Shown: piece after piece, positions 1 through 12,173 of the stretch
Layout: each line of letters opens with the position of its first letter
Position numbering within the stretch: the first letter of the stretch is position 1
NCBI GenBank assembly: GCA_035647075.1
Contig: DASROF010000173.1
Span: 14,721 to 78,720 of the forward strand
From: Vicinamibacterales bacterium
Lineage (GTDB): Bacteria; Acidobacteriota; Vicinamibacteria; Vicinamibacterales; UBA2999
Reading direction: 5' to 3'
Length of the DNA stretch: 64,000 nucleotides
Translations under genes and position numbers: made by a program
Notes under the pieces: generated by a model
What the model was told of the DNA's origin: nothing
Database searches by the model: none
Seen by the model: the letters and a program-made list of their open reading frames with translations, nothing else

Positions 1-2
1 AC

Positions 3-134
3 GTGCCCGGTGTCACGGGGCGTCTGAAGATGAACGCCAAGCGCAACGTCGACAAGCCTGCGGTTGTGCAGGAGGTGACCTACGCGGGCGGCAAGGTGAC
101 GTTCGTTTACAAAACCACCATCAATCCCGGCTAG
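3..134 (+). CDS. C-terminal fragment of a periplasmic branched-chain amino acid ABC substrate-binding protein (LivK/LivJ-like), cut by the window edge
   Basis: Open frame from the window edge ends at TAG 132-134 (..VPGVTGRLKMNAKRNVDKPAVVQEVTYAGGKVTFVYKTTINPG). It lies directly upstream of the livHMGF-type genes. Confidence 0.5.
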   Translation: MPGVTGRLKMNAKRNVDKPAVVQEVTYAGGKVTFVYKTTINPG

Positions 135-135
135 C

Positions 136-1035
136 GTGGACACCGTTCTCCAGCAGCTGATCAACGGGCTGTCGCTCGGCGCGATCTACGCCCTCATCGC
201 GCTTGGTTACACGATGGTCTACGGCGTCTTGCGCCTGATCAACTTCGCGCATGGCGACGTCTACATGCTGGGTGCCTTCGCCGGGTATTACCTCGCCAAC
301 GCGCTCGACCTCGACGCGTCCCCCTCGATCCTCGGCGCTATCGTCGTCACCCTCGGCGCCATGGCAATCTGCGCCGTCATCGGCGTGCTCATCGAACGTT
401 TTGCCTACCGCCCCGTACGTCACCACCCACGGCTGGCATCACTCATCACGGCCATCGGCGTCTCGTTGCTGCTGGAGTACGGCGGCCAGGTCGTCTTCGG
501 CGCCAATCCGCGATTCTTTCCGCAGATGATCCGGGCCGAGGTCTACTCGGTCGGCGGCGTACAGATCACCAACCAGAACCTCCTGATCATCGTGGTCGCC
601 GTCATTGTGATGTTCGGGCTCGAGTTCATCGTCCATCGGACGCGGATCGGCAAGGCGATGCGGGCGACTTCGTTCAACTTGTCGGTGGCCAAACTCATGG
701 GCATCAACACCGACTACGTGATCGCCTTCACATTCGCGCTCGGCTCGGCACTCGCAGCGGCGGGTGGCGTCATGGTGGCGCTCGCCATACCAAGAATCGA
801 TCCGCTGATGGGACTGATGACCGGTCTCAAGGCGTTCGTCGCGGCGGTTCTCGGCGGTATCGGCAACATTCCAGGCGCCATGATCGGAGGCGTGCTCATC
901 GGTTTGCTGGAGACGTGGCTGAGCGCCACGGCCTACTCCACGTACCGCGATGCCGCGGCGTTCGCGGTGCTCATTCTGATCCTGCTCTTCCGGCCGGCCG
1001 GCATCCTGGGCTCGGCGACGGTCGAGAAGGTCTAG
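136..1035 (+). CDS. livH: Branched-chain amino acid ABC transporter permease LivH
   Basis: 299-aa multi-TM ORF with LivH-like sequence (LINGLSLGAIYALIALGYTMVYG). GTG start lies 2 nt after the upstream stop. First of the H-M-G-F gene order. Confidence 0.9.
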   Translation: MDTVLQQLINGLSLGAIYALIALGYTMVYGVLRLINFAHGDVYMLGAFAGYYLANALDLDASPSILGAIVVTLGAMAICAVIGVLIERFAYRPVRHHPRLASLITAIGVSLLLEYGGQVVFGANPRFFPQMIRAEVYSVGGVQITNQNLLIIVVAVIVMFGLEFIVHRTRIGKAMRATSFNLSVAKLMGINTDYVIAFTFALGSALAAAGGVMVALAIPRIDPLMGLMTGLKAFVAAVLGGIGNIPGAMIGGVLIGLLETWLSATAYSTYRDAAAFAVLILILLFRPAGILGSATVEKV

Positions 1036-1050
1036 GACGCCCGTCTTTCG

Positions 1051-2082
1051 ATGCGGGTGACGACGAAGATCCTCGCGACCGCCGCCACCGTCGGCGTCCT
1101 GCTCGGCCTGAACTACCTGTTCGAGTATGGATTCGGCGATTTCCGCATCAACGCGTACTACGCTCGCATCCTCAACCTGATTGGCATCAACGTCATCCTT
1201 GCCGTCAGCCTGAATCTGATCAACGGGCTCGCCGGTCAGTTCTCCATCGGGCATGCCGGCTTCATGGCGGTGGGCGGCTATAGTGCGACGTTCGTGACGG
1301 TCTATTACGGCCGCGCGATTGCCGGCCTGCTCGGGTCTTCCCTGGACGATGCGACCGGCGCGGCGGTGGTGATGACGATAAGCCTGCTGACAGGCGCAGC
1401 GGCCGCTGCCCTGGCGGGGCTGGCGGTGGGCATCCCGTCGCTGCGCCTTCGTGGTGACTACCTCGCCATCGTCACGCTCGGGTTCTCCGAGATCATCCGC
1501 GTCATCATCTTGAACATTCCTGCGGTCGGCGGCGCAACCGGATTTACCGCTGCCATCCCGATCACGAATTTCTTCTGGATCTTTGCAGTGGCGATCCTCA
1601 CCATCGTGATCGTCCGGAACATCGCGGCATCGACGTTCGGCCGCGTCCTGGCGACGATTCGCGGCGATGAAATCGCCGCCGAGGCAATGGGGATCAGCAC
1701 GACGCGCTACAAGGTGCTCGCCTTCGTCATCAGCGCCGCGCTGGCCGGCGTCGCCGGCGGCTTGTCGGGACAACTATTCGCGAATCCGCTGAACCCACAG
1801 AACCTGAACTTCGTTCGCTCGATCGAAATCATCGTGATGATCGTCATCGGCGGTATCGGCTCGATCAGCGGGGCGGTGTTCGGCGCCACGGCACTCACCA
1901 TCCTGCCCGAAGCCCTTCGCCGCCTGGACCAGCAGTTTCCCGGTCTTCGCATGGTGACGTACGCGCTGCTGCTCATCCTCACCATGATCTTCCGGCCGCA
2001 GGGCCTGTTCGGGCGACGCGAGGTCAGCTGGGCGTGGCTGCGGCGGCGCGGTCAAGATCGCCCTGCGGCGGCAATCAAGTGA
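1051..2082 (+). CDS. livM: Branched-chain amino acid ABC transporter permease LivM
   Basis: 343-aa multi-TM ORF with LivM-like sequence (NLINGLAGQFSIGHAGFMAVGGY). Its stop TGA 2080-2082 shares 1 nt with the livG ATG. Confidence 0.9.
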   Translation: MRVTTKILATAATVGVLLGLNYLFEYGFGDFRINAYYARILNLIGINVILAVSLNLINGLAGQFSIGHAGFMAVGGYSATFVTVYYGRAIAGLLGSSLDDATGAAVVMTISLLTGAAAAALAGLAVGIPSLRLRGDYLAIVTLGFSEIIRVIILNIPAVGGATGFTAAIPITNFFWIFAVAILTIVIVRNIAASTFGRVLATIRGDEIAAEAMGISTTRYKVLAFVISAALAGVAGGLSGQLFANPLNPQNLNFVRSIEIIVMIVIGGIGSISGAVFGATALTILPEALRRLDQQFPGLRMVTYALLLILTMIFRPQGLFGRREVSWAWLRRRGQDRPAAAIK

Positions 2083-2849
2083 TGGCGACGGCCCTGCTGG
2101 AGACACGCGCCGTCACCAAGCGATTCGGCGGTTTGACGGCCGTCAAAGCGCTCACCCTGCGGGTGGAACGCGGCGCCTTGTACGGACTCATCGGTCCCAA
2201 CGGCGCCGGAAAGACCACGGTCTTCAACCTGCTGACCGGTGTCTACGACGCCACCGAAGGCGAAATGCTCTTCGAAGGGGCCCGTATCGACGGACGCAAG
2301 CCGTACGAGATCACGCGCCTCGGCATCGCGCGCACGTTCCAGAACATCCGTCTCTTTCCCGATCTGAGCGTGCTCGAGAACGTCATGACCGCGCGGCACC
2401 TCCGCAGCCGGCAGACACTCGCCGACGCGATCCTCGGGACGCCGCGCCATCACGAGGAGGAACGCGAGATCCGGGCACGGTCGATGGCGCTGCTCGAGAT
2501 TTTCGACCTTCAGCACACGGCTGGGGAGACGGCGACAAGCCTGCCCTACGGCAGCCAGCGCCGGCTCGAAATCGCGCGGGCGCTGGCCACGGAGCCGCGG
2601 CTGCTGCTGCTCGACGAGCCGGCCGCTGGCATGAATCCACAGGAGGCGCGCGATCTGATGCGCGTCATCCGCCGCTTGCGCGACGAGTTCGCACTGACGG
2701 TCCTGCTGGTCGAGCACAATATGAAGGTCGTCATGGGCGTCTGCGAGACGGTGCACGTCATCGACTACGGCGAGACCATCGCCATAGGACCACCGGCGGA
2801 CATCCAGAGGAACCCCAAGGTGATCGAAGCGTACCTGGGTGGGGCCTGA
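2082..2849 (+). CDS. livG: Branched-chain amino acid ABC transporter ATP-binding protein LivG
   Basis: Walker [25 protein letters not shown]-type signature, LLLDEP Walker B. I prefer ATG 2082 ([11 protein letters not shown]..) over the longer track ORF start at 2034. Confidence 0.9.
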   Translation: MATALLETRAVTKRFGGLTAVKALTLRVERGALYGLIGPNGAGKTTVFNLLTGVYDATEGEMLFEGARIDGRKPYEITRLGIARTFQNIRLFPDLSVLENVMTARHLRSRQTLADAILGTPRHHEEEREIRARSMALLEIFDLQHTAGETATSLPYGSQRRLEIARALATEPRLLLLDEPAAGMNPQEARDLMRVIRRLRDEFALTVLLVEHNMKVVMGVCETVHVIDYGETIAIGPPADIQRNPKVIEAYLGGA

Positions 2850-2862
2850 GGCCGGACGATTA

Positions 2863-3570
2863 ATGCTGACGCTCGAGGACGTCAACGTCTACTACGGCGG
2901 AATTCACGCCCTCCGGGACGTGTCGCTGCGCGTCCAGGCGGGCGAGGTCGTCACGCTGATTGGCGCCAACGGCGCCGGCAAGTCCACGACGCTACGCGCA
3001 ATCACCGGACTGCTGACGCCGCGCAGCGGCCGCATCCGTTTTGAGGGCGCAGACATCACGGGCCTGCCCGCTCACCAGCTCGTGGCCCGCGGCATCTCGA
3101 TGGCGCCGGAAGGGCGCGGAATCTTCGCGAATCTGACGGTGCTCGAAAACCTCGAGATGGGCGCGTATCGAGTCCGCGATCAAGCACAGATTCGCAATGA
3201 CATCGAACGTGGTTTCAACCTGTTCCCGCGACTTCGTGAACGCGTGCGGCAACGGTCGGGCACCTTGTCAGGTGGGGAACAGCAGATGCTGGCGATCGCA
3301 CGCGCGCTGATGTCGCGGCCGAAGCTGCTCCTGCTCGACGAACCCTCCCTCGGCCTCGCGCCCATCGTCTGCCATACGATCTTCACGACGATCGACGAAA
3401 TCAAGGCCACCGGGACGACGGTCCTCCTCGTCGAGCAGAACGCAAACGCCGCCCTCAAGCATTCCGATCGCGGGTACGTGCTCGAGACCGGCGCGGTCAC
3501 GCTCGAAGGCAGCGCCGCCTCCATCGCCGGCGATCCCAGGATTCGCGAGGCCTACCTGGGTGAATCGTAA
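2863..3570 (+). CDS. livF: Branched-chain amino acid ABC transporter ATP-binding protein LivF
   Basis: Walker A GANGAGKST, signature LSGGEQQMLAIARAL, Walker B LLLDEP. I prefer ATG 2863 (MLTLEDVNVYY). Confidence 0.9.
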   Translation: MLTLEDVNVYYGGIHALRDVSLRVQAGEVVTLIGANGAGKSTTLRAITGLLTPRSGRIRFEGADITGLPAHQLVARGISMAPEGRGIFANLTVLENLEMGAYRVRDQAQIRNDIERGFNLFPRLRERVRQRSGTLSGGEQQMLAIARALMSRPKLLLLDEPSLGLAPIVCHTIFTTIDEIKATGTTVLLVEQNANAALKHSDRGYVLETGAVTLEGSAASIAGDPRIREAYLGES

Positions 3571-3581
3571 CGACCCTCAGT

Positions 3582-4218
3582 TCACGCAAGCGCCCGCAGG
3601 TACGATTTGACACGAGCCTCGGGGTCGCGGCCGGACGTCAGATCCGAGATGACAGCCACCGCGGCAGCACCGGCATCGATTGCCGAACGCGCGTTTGCGA
3701 GCGTGACGCCACCGATGGCGACAATCGGTAACACGCCGCTCAACCGGGACGCCGCCGAAACAAGCTCAAGTCCGACCGCGGCGTAGCCAGTGTCCTTGGT
3801 CGATGTGCCGAACACGGGCCCGACCGCGAGGTACGAGATCGGGCTCCAGGAGTCCCGCCTCTACTTGCACAACCGAGTGCGTTGAATAGCCGACGACCGC
3901 GGCGGGACCGAGCTGGTCTCGTGCAGCTGCCGGGGGCAGGTCTTCCTGTCCGACATGGACGCCGTCCGCTCCGCACAACCGGGCAATGTCCACTCGGTCG
4001 TTCACAATGACGCAGGCCTCATACTCGTCGGCCATCTGCACGAGCGCGTCGGCCAGGTCGAGGAAAGGTCCGGAAGGAACGTTCTTCGCGCGAAGCTGAA
4101 GGACGCGAGCGCCGCCGTCAAGGAAGGCTCTGCTCAGATCCAACGGCTTCCAGCCGGCCTTCTCCGCGACGTGAACGTCCACAATCGCATGAAGCGGATG
4201 CAGCGGCAGGCTGTGCAC
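3582..4218 (-). pseudogene. thiE: Thiamine-phosphate synthase ThiE interrupted by a single frameshift near 3834
   Basis: N-terminal ThiE homology sits in ORF 3766-4218 (..VNDRVDIARLCGADGVHVGQEDL..VVGYSTHS..). C-terminal homology sits in another frame, ORF 3582-3815 (..YLAVGPVFGTSTKDTGY..IVAIGGVT..). The frames join at gat ctc G tac ctc, where one extra nucleotide is present. Confidence 0.7.
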
Positions 4219-4277
4219 GCGTCCAGCTTACCTCGCGGGATTGCGCCGCCTTCGCCGGTACAATGACCGGCATTCAT

Positions 4278-6395
4278 ATGAAAGCGTTCCGGTTCGCTAT
4301 CCTCGCAATCATCGCGTCAGGATCGATGCTTCTGGCCGGCCAGGGGCCCGCTCGGGGAGGCGGTCCGACGCGACAGCCCTTCCCGCAGCGACCCGAGTCG
4401 CAGCGCGAGGAACCGCAGCGCCAGGACCCGAAACGGCAGCAACCTGAGGAGCCCATCGCAACGTTCCGCGCTGGCGTGCGAGCGATTCAGGTCGATGCTG
4501 TCGTCACCGATGAGGACGGCAATCCGGTGCGCGGCCTGACCGAGGACGACTTCGCGATCACCGAACGCGGGAAGCCGCAGCCGATCACGACATTCGAGGC
4601 CGTGGACATTCCGATTGAAACCCAACTGCCGGACCTCGCGGACGCCGATGTGGTCACCAACGAGGGTGATGGACGCATCTACCTGATCGTCATCGACAAC
4701 ATCAGCCTTCAGAACGCAGGCTACGCGAAGCGCGAACTGCGCAAGTTCCTTACGAACCATTTCGGGCCGAGCGACACCGCCGCAGTGATGTTTCTCGATC
4801 GCGCACACGCAAACGCAGGTCAGGACTTCACGTCGAACCGACGCCTCCTCATCAAAGGGATCGACAGCGCCGGCGGCTATTCGGAAGGCGAGGACGAGAA
4901 GGTGGCGCCCGGCACGGCCTCGCCGTTCGCCACCGAGAGGCCACTGCCACCGGGTCGTGGGGCGTCATCCGGAGGATCAACAGCCGGGTACGAGTCAGCG
5001 GTGCTCGGTACCCGTAATCGCATGGAACGCCTCCGCGATCTCACTGAATTCCTGATCAAGATCCCCGGACGTCGGAAGGCGATGGTGCTCGTCAGCGAAG
5101 CCATCGGCTTCGACGCCACCGATTTCAAGGACTACGCCGGCACGACGATGACTCCGGCGGCGCAGGCCGCCCACGCCGCCATGACGGCAGCAACGCGTGG
5201 CAACATTGCGATTTATCCGATTCATCCCGGAGGTGCGTCCCCCGACCTGGCAGTCTCAGGGCCCGATGACGATAAGCAGCAGGAACGCCTGCGTGGGCAA
5301 TCGGCAACCATGGAGCTGCGTACACTGGCCGACGCAACGGGCGGGTTCGCACACGTCAACTCCAACAACTACGAAGACTCATTCACACGCCTCGTTCAGG
5401 AGCAGAGCATCTACTACATGCTTGGCTTCAACTCCGCCGAAGACAAGGACAACGGTCTTTACGTGCCAGTGACCGTGACGGTCAAGCGCCCGGGTCTGAA
5501 GGTCCTGGCGCGTGCGGGCTACGTTGCTCCATTCAAGGGCAAGGACAACGTCACGTCGCCGGAGCGACAACCAGGTGTGGGCGCCGCCCTTGCCAGTCCC
5601 ATTCCAGTCGGCGGCGTGACACTGCGCGCCTTCGCCGCACCGTTCAAGATGCCCAAAAGCAAGACGGCGTCGGTCCTCGTTGCGCTGGAAATGGACCCGC
5701 ATGGCCTCGGCCTCGCGGAATTGCCGGACGGCGCGCTGCGCGGCGCCGTCGACGTACGCATGGTGGCAACGGACGTGCGCGCGAAGGTCCTGCCGCAGAT
5801 CAGGCAGGTTGGCAACATCACGGTTCCCGCGGCGGCGCGCGCCGAGATCGAGCGGGAGGGCCTCCACATCCTGACGAAGACGGACTTGCTTCCCGGCCGC
5901 TATCAGTTGCGCATCGCCATCGGCACTGCCCAACGCGGCGGCAGCGTCGTCTATGACATCGACGTTCCCGACTACAGCAAGAAGGAACTGACGATGAGCG
6001 GTCTACTGCTGCGTGGCCCCAACGAGCCAGAAGGAGTGTTCCTTTCGCCCGGCGACCCGCTCGAGCCGCTGGCGATGCGGGCGCCCACGACGGTCCGGGT
6101 GTTCAGGAGCGGAGACCGGGTCTCGGCGTTCGCCGAGATCTACGACAACACCGGCGGCAAGCCGCATTCGCTCGATCTGAACGCGGAAATCCGCAGTGAG
6201 AGCGGCGAGGTGACTCCGGTCGCGGCGGCTTCGCGATCGGCCGACGAGTTGAAGAAGACTGGCGATACCCTGCAACTGGATGCGCCGCTGCCACTCGGCA
6301 AGTTGTCCGCAGGTCGTTACGTGCTCTCCGTCAACGTCAAATCGAGCGACGGTGGCAACTCGATCACGCGGAGCGTGCCATTCCGCGTCAGGTAA
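4278..6395 (+). CDS. Secreted VWFA-related Acidobacterial-domain protein, paralog 1
   Basis: Signal-peptide-like start MKAFRFAILAIIASGSMLLAG at ATG 4278 (the track ORF starts at 4263). Conserved block [51 protein letters not shown] at 4259-4264. Confidence 0.8.
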   Translation: MKAFRFAILAIIASGSMLLAGQGPARGGGPTRQPFPQRPESQREEPQRQDPKRQQPEEPIATFRAGVRAIQVDAVVTDEDGNPVRGLTEDDFAITERGKPQPITTFEAVDIPIETQLPDLADADVVTNEGDGRIYLIVIDNISLQNAGYAKRELRKFLTNHFGPSDTAAVMFLDRAHANAGQDFTSNRRLLIKGIDSAGGYSEGEDEKVAPGTASPFATERPLPPGRGASSGGSTAGYESAVLGTRNRMERLRDLTEFLIKIPGRRKAMVLVSEAIGFDATDFKDYAGTTMTPAAQAAHAAMTAATRGNIAIYPIHPGGASPDLAVSGPDDDKQQERLRGQSATMELRTLADATGGFAHVNSNNYEDSFTRLVQEQSIYYMLGFNSAEDKDNGLYVPVTVTVKRPGLKVLARAGYVAPFKGKDNVTSPERQPGVGAALASPIPVGGVTLRAFAAPFKMPKSKTASVLVALEMDPHGLGLAELPDGALRGAVDVRMVATDVRAKVLPQIRQVGNITVPAAARAEIEREGLHILTKTDLLPGRYQLRIAIGTAQRGGSVVYDIDVPDYSKKELTMSGLLLRGPNEPEGVFLSPGDPLEPLAMRAPTTVRVFRSGDRVSAFAEIYDNTGGKPHSLDLNAEIRSESGEVTPVAAASRSADELKKTGDTLQLDAPLPLGKLSAGRYVLSVNVKSSDGGNSITRSVPFRVR

Positions 6396-8406
6396 TGGCG
6401 ATGAGGCCGCTGGCCTTCTTTGCTCTTGCCGTCTTCGTGTCGGGATCGATGGTCCGGGCCGGCCAGGCGCCCACCCGGCCATCAGCAGCACAGCCATCCG
6501 CGCCGCAAGAACCGATTGCCACCTTCCGCGCGGGTGTGCGCGCCATTCAGGTTGATGCCGTCGTCACCGACACAGACGGCAATCCGGTTCGCGGCCTCAC
6601 GTCGGACGACTTCGAGGTCACGGAGCGCGGCAAACCACAACCAATTACCACGTTCGAGGCTGTGGATATTCCGATCCAAACACAGCCTCCGGATCTTGCC
6701 GACTCGGACGTCGCCACCAACGAGGGCGAGGGCCGGATCTATCTGATCGTCGTCGACGACATCCAGGCCATCAACGCACAGCGCGTCAAGCGCGAGCTGC
6801 GCAAGTTTCTTGCGGACTATTTCGGCCCTAGCGACGTCGCGGCGATCATGTTCCTGGATCGCGCACACGTCACCGCCGGGCAGAGCTTCACGTCGAATCG
6901 TCGGCTGCTAATCGAAGGCATCGATAGCATCGTCGGCTACTCGGCGGACGATTGTCCTGGCCCACTTTGTGACCGCGTGATGCCAGGCTCAGCGTCGCCG
7001 ATTCTGGCCGAACGGCCCGGTGAAAGGAATGCGTCTGAAGCGGCCGTCGTCGGCGCACCGAATCGAATGGAACGGCTCCGTGATCTGACGGAGTTTCTGC
7101 TCAAGATTCCCGGCCGCCGCAAGGCAATGGTGCTCGTCACCGAAGCGATCGGCTTCGACGCGACGGATTTCCAGGACTATGCGGGTACGTCGATGACCCG
7201 CGCGGGATCTGGGGCTCATGCCGCCATGACCGCGGCAACGCGCGGAAACATCGCAATTTACCCAATCCATCCTGGGGGAGTCGCCGACGAAGGCGGCCTG
7301 GACGGAGTACAGAAGCTTTCCGCGACGATGGAATTGAGGACGCTTGCCGCCGCGACGGGCGGCTTCGCGCTCGTGAACTCCAACAACTACGATGATGCGT
7401 TCACCCGCTTGGTTCAGGAGCAAAGCGTCTACTACATGCTCGGCTTCAACTCCGGCGAAGAGAAGGACAACGGCCGCTACGTCCCGGTGACGGTAACGGT
7501 GAAACGCCCTGGGCTGAAGGTCCTCGCCCGCGAAGGGTACGTGGCTCCATTCAAGGGCAAAGACAACGTCACGTCACCCGAACGGCGGCCCGGCGTGGGC
7601 GCCGCACTCGCCAGTCCGATTGCAGTCGGTGGCGTGTCTCTCAAGGCGCTTGCGGCACCGTTCAGGGGCAAAGGCAAAACGGCGTCTGTCCTCGTCGCGC
7701 TCGAAATGGACGCGCACCGGCTCGGGCTGACGGAACTGCCTGGCGGCGGCCTGCGCGGCTCGGTCGAACTGCGTATGGCGGCGACGGACGTCGGCGCAAA
7801 GGTCCTCCCACAAATGCGACAGCTCGCAGACATCTCGGTGGCCGGCTCCGCCCGCGAACGTGTCGAGCGAGGAGGCCTGCACATTCTGACCAAGACTGAG
7901 CTGCGACCGGGCCGGTATCAGCTGCGGATCGCGATCGGCACGACGCAACGCGGCGGCAGCGTCGTCTACGACCTCGACGTGCCCGATTACAGCAAGAAGG
8001 AACTGTCGATGAGCGCGATCGTCCTGCGTGGACCCAATCCTGCGGAAGGAGTGTCCCTCCCGACCGACGATCCCCTCCGGACGCTGACCACGCGCGCCCC
8101 TACGACGACGCGTGCGTTTGGCAGTGACGACACGGTCACGATCTTCGCCGAGATCTACGACAACACGGGCACGAAGCCGCATCGCCTCGATGTGACTGCG
8201 GCGGTCCGCAGCGAAAGTGGCGCGGTGACGCCCGTGTTTGCAGCATCGCCGACGTCCAGCGATCTGCAGAAAACCGGAAATGCGCTGCTGGTGGATACGC
8301 CGCTACCGCTCGCCAAACTGGCGGCGGGCCGGTACGTGCTGTCGGTTACCTCGAAATCGAGCGCCGGTGGCGACAGCGTGACGCGTTCCGTTCCGTTCCG
8401 CGTGCG

Positions 8407-8410
<4 letters not shown>
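6395..8410 (+). CDS. Secreted VWFA-related Acidobacterial-domain protein, paralog 2
   Basis: 671-aa ORF collinear with paralog 1 over its whole length. Its start ATG overlaps the upstream TAA (TAATG at 6393-6397). Signal-like N terminus [23 protein letters not shown]. Confidence 0.8.
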
Positions 8411-9776
<1,366 letters not shown>

Positions 9777-9777
<1 letters not shown>

Positions 9778-10262
9778 CAGCTGGGTCTAATCGCAAACAG
9801 CCGCTCGCCGTATTGAACGGCCTGACCGTTCTCGACGTACACCTTCACGATCTCGCCGTCGCACTCGGCGTTGATCTCGTTCATCAGCTTCATCGCTTCG
9901 ATGATGCACAGCACCTGCCCCTTCTTCACCGTCTGCCCGGTGTCGACGAAGGGCGGGGCGGCGGGTTCGGCGGCGCGGTAGAACGTGCCGACGATCGGCG
10001 ACTTGACGATCGCCAGATCGACATCCTCGCTGGCCGGCTCCAGGACCGCCGCGTCGCCGCTCGACGGAGCAGGCGCTGCACCGGCAGGCGAAACAACAGG
10101 TGGAGAAAATGCCGTCGCCGGTACGGCCGCGATCGGGCCGGTCCACTGCGGTGGCGAATGCTTGCGGAGGCGGAGCGTCTCGCCGTCGCGCTGCAACTCG
10201 AACTCGGCAAGCTCGTGCTCGCGCATGAGTTCGAGAATCTCTTTGATCTCGTCTACGGTCAT
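9777..10262 (-). CDS. accB: Acetyl-CoA carboxylase biotin carboxyl carrier protein
   Basis: 161 aa with a Pro/Ala-rich linker and the biotinyl-lysine motif EAMKLMNEI. Confidence 0.9.
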
Positions 10263-11395
10263 CAGTCAGGGATCAGGGCGTATGACACCGATGTGAGGAC
10301 TTCGCACCCGCGGTCTGTGACCAGCACATCGTCTTCAATCCGCACGCCCCCCCATCCGGGAAGGTACGCGCCCGGCTCGATCGTAAAGACCATCCCCGGT
10401 TCGAGCGGCACTGGCGCCACGTCGGCGCGCGGCCGCGTCACTCGCGGGTCCTCGTGCACGTCGAGGCCGAGACCGTGGCCCGTGCCGTGGCCAAATGCCT
10501 CACCCAGTCCGTGCCCTTCGAGGACGCGGCGGGCTGCGCGGTCCACATCCGTGGTCGCGACGCCCGGCTTCACGGCGTCGATCGCCGCTTGTTGCGCTTC
10601 ACGCACCGCCTGGTGCACGCGGCGCGCCTCCGCGGACGGCGGTGCCAGTGCTACCGTCCGCGTCAAGTCGCTGCAGTATCCGTCCAAGACGCCGCCAAAG
10701 TCCAGCACCACCAGGTCGCCGCGCTCGAGCAGGCGGTCACCCGCTCGATAGTGCGGCAGCGCACCGTTGGGCCCGGACGCAACGATCGTATCGAACGCCG
10801 CCCTTTCGTACCCCGCCTCACGAATTGCCGCTTCGATTCGTGCCGCGATCGCCCGCTCGGTGGCACCGGGTTGTACCGCCTCGAACGCCGCAAGTGCGAC
10901 CGGCGTGAGCCGGCGTGCGGCGTCGCGCAGCGTGCCGAGCTCTCCGGCGTCTTTCACCATCCGCGCCTGCTCAACCACGCGTTCCGTCGCCCGAAATGCG
11001 AGGTCGAGTCGCCGCGCGGCGGCTGTCTTCATCAGCCACTCATGCCGCCCGACGGTGAGATGCGCAGCCTCGAAGCCGACTGTACTGACGCCGAGGTCAG
11101 CCAGGCAGTCGAGCAGCGCCTCGTCGTAGCTTGCGGCGACATCCCACACCGTGATGGAGGGGCAGGCAGCTTCCGATTCCTGCAGTGCGCGGATGGCCTC
11201 CCGGTAGCGGAAGTCGACGAGCAGGTGCATCGCAGCGCCGGTGGCGACGAGAGTCCCCGCACTGCCGACGTGATTGGTGAGATACCGGATGTTGGCCGGG
11301 TTCGTGACGATCAACGCGTCGAGGTTGATCGCCTCGATTGCGCGATGAATCCTCGCGTGTCGGACGCTGAGATCCTGTGATTTCGCCAGAGCCAT
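10262..11395 (-). CDS. pepP: Xaa-Pro aminopeptidase (M24 family)
   Basis: M24 metal-ligand motifs (DFGGVLDGYCSDLTRT, HGTGHGLGLDVHE, EPGAY). I prefer ATG 11395 (MALAKSQDL..) over the Arg-rich extension to 11461. Confidence 0.85.
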   Translation of the reverse strand: MALAKSQDLSVRHARIHRAIEAINLDALIVTNPANIRYLTNHVGSAGTLVATGAAMHLLVDFRYREAIRALQESEAACPSITVWDVAASYDEALLDCLADLGVSTVGFEAAHLTVGRHEWLMKTAAARRLDLAFRATERVVEQARMVKDAGELGTLRDAARRLTPVALAAFEAVQPGATERAIAARIEAAIREAGYERAAFDTIVASGPNGALPHYRAGDRLLERGDLVVLDFGGVLDGYCSDLTRTVALAPPSAEARRVHQAVREAQQAAIDAVKPGVATTDVDRAARRVLEGHGLGEAFGHGTGHGLGLDVHEDPRVTRPRADVAPVPLEPGMVFTIEPGAYLPGWGGVRIEDDVLVTDRGCEVLTSVSYALIPD

Positions 11396-11429
11396 TGAGG
11401 TTCGCGCGGCGCCCCGCGCGCTGGCCGAA

Positions 11430-12164
11430 CTAGGGTCCCGCCGGCGCCGCCGGCGCGGCAACAGTCACAGCACGCGTCGTGCTTGAGACCGTTCCCGCAT
11501 TGTCCGTCACAGTCAGGGTGACTGCATAGGTGTTGGCCGTCACGGCGCTGCGGGTGACAACCCGTCCGTCAGTAGCGCCTGCGCCCAGTCCGCCAAAGCT
11601 CCACTTATACGAGCATACGTCGAGGCAGGCTTTCCCTTCGTCAGTCGTCGGCGACGCATCGAAGACAATCGAATCCCCTGCGACGGGGGTCTCGGGCCCG
11701 ATCGTAAAGGATGGTGTCGGCGCCGTCGCGTTCAGTGTTCCCGTCAGCGCAATGGTCAGCGTTCGAGTCAGTGCGTTGTCCGCATTGCTCCCAAAAGGCG
11801 TCGCAAATACGCTGACGCTCTCCGCCGGTGTCGACAAGGCTGGTGCGGTTACGTTGAATGTCGCTCGGCCATCAGCGCCGGTCACGACATCGACGTGCGA
11901 GATGAACCCCGTCGAGGCGCCGACGCTGACGCGCTGACCCGATACCGCTTGCCCCGACTCGTCGGTCATTGTCACGGTCACAACGGACTGCGCCGCGCCG
12001 TTATGCGCCAATCGATCGGGTGAGGCGCTGAGACTGACCTGCTGCGCCGATCCTCCTGGCCCAATCAACGCGGGCGCTTCCTGCTTGTCCACCGTGCACG
12101 CGGCAAGGCTGCCAGCCAGCAGTATTCCGCCCACACGCCACATTCCAGCCGTCCTGATCTGCAT
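11430..12164 (-). CDS. Lipoprotein with Ig-like (Big) and PKD-like domains
   Basis: Lipobox LAGSLAAC. An Ig-like segment (VVTVTMTDESGQAVSGQRVSV..GRATFNVTA) is followed by a PKD-like segment (YKWSFG..YAVTLTVTDNAG). Lies 9 nt downstream of the preceding lipoprotein gene. Confidence 0.7.
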   Translation of the reverse strand: MQIRTAGMWRVGGILLAGSLAACTVDKQEAPALIGPGGSAQQVSLSASPDRLAHNGAAQSVVTVTMTDESGQAVSGQRVSVGASTGFISHVDVVTGADGRATFNVTAPALSTPAESVSVFATPFGSNADNALTRTLTIALTGTLNATAPTPSFTIGPETPVAGDSIVFDASPTTDEGKACLDVCSYKWSFGGLGAGATDGRVVTRSAVTANTYAVTLTVTDNAGTVSSTTRAVTVAAPAAPAGP

Positions 12165-12173
12165 CGCGTCCTC

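Noticed and set aside
439-1773. Very long ORFs antisense to conserved genes. Examples: 439-1773 (-) opposite livH/livM, 15537-17048 (+) opposite pilO/pilN, 19559-21316 (-) opposite tsf/pyrH, 31137-32573 (+) opposite murB, 38507-40027 (-) opposite polX, 47558-49003 (+) opposite ffh, 55248-56633 (+) opposite ribBA, 57136-58350 (+) opposite ribD.
   Set aside because: These are typical mirror-frame artefacts of high-GC DNA. The translations are Arg/His/Asp/Gly-rich low-complexity strings with no recognisable motifs, and each lies exactly opposite a gene with unambiguous conserved sequence.
4219-4262. Looked for TPP riboswitches near both thiE genes and an FMN riboswitch before ribD (58267-58294).
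   Set aside because: The spacers of 44 nt, 7 nt and 28 nt are far too short for either aptamer, and none of the conserved cores (CUGAGA for TPP, AGGAUAGU..GGGCAG-type for FMN) were seen.
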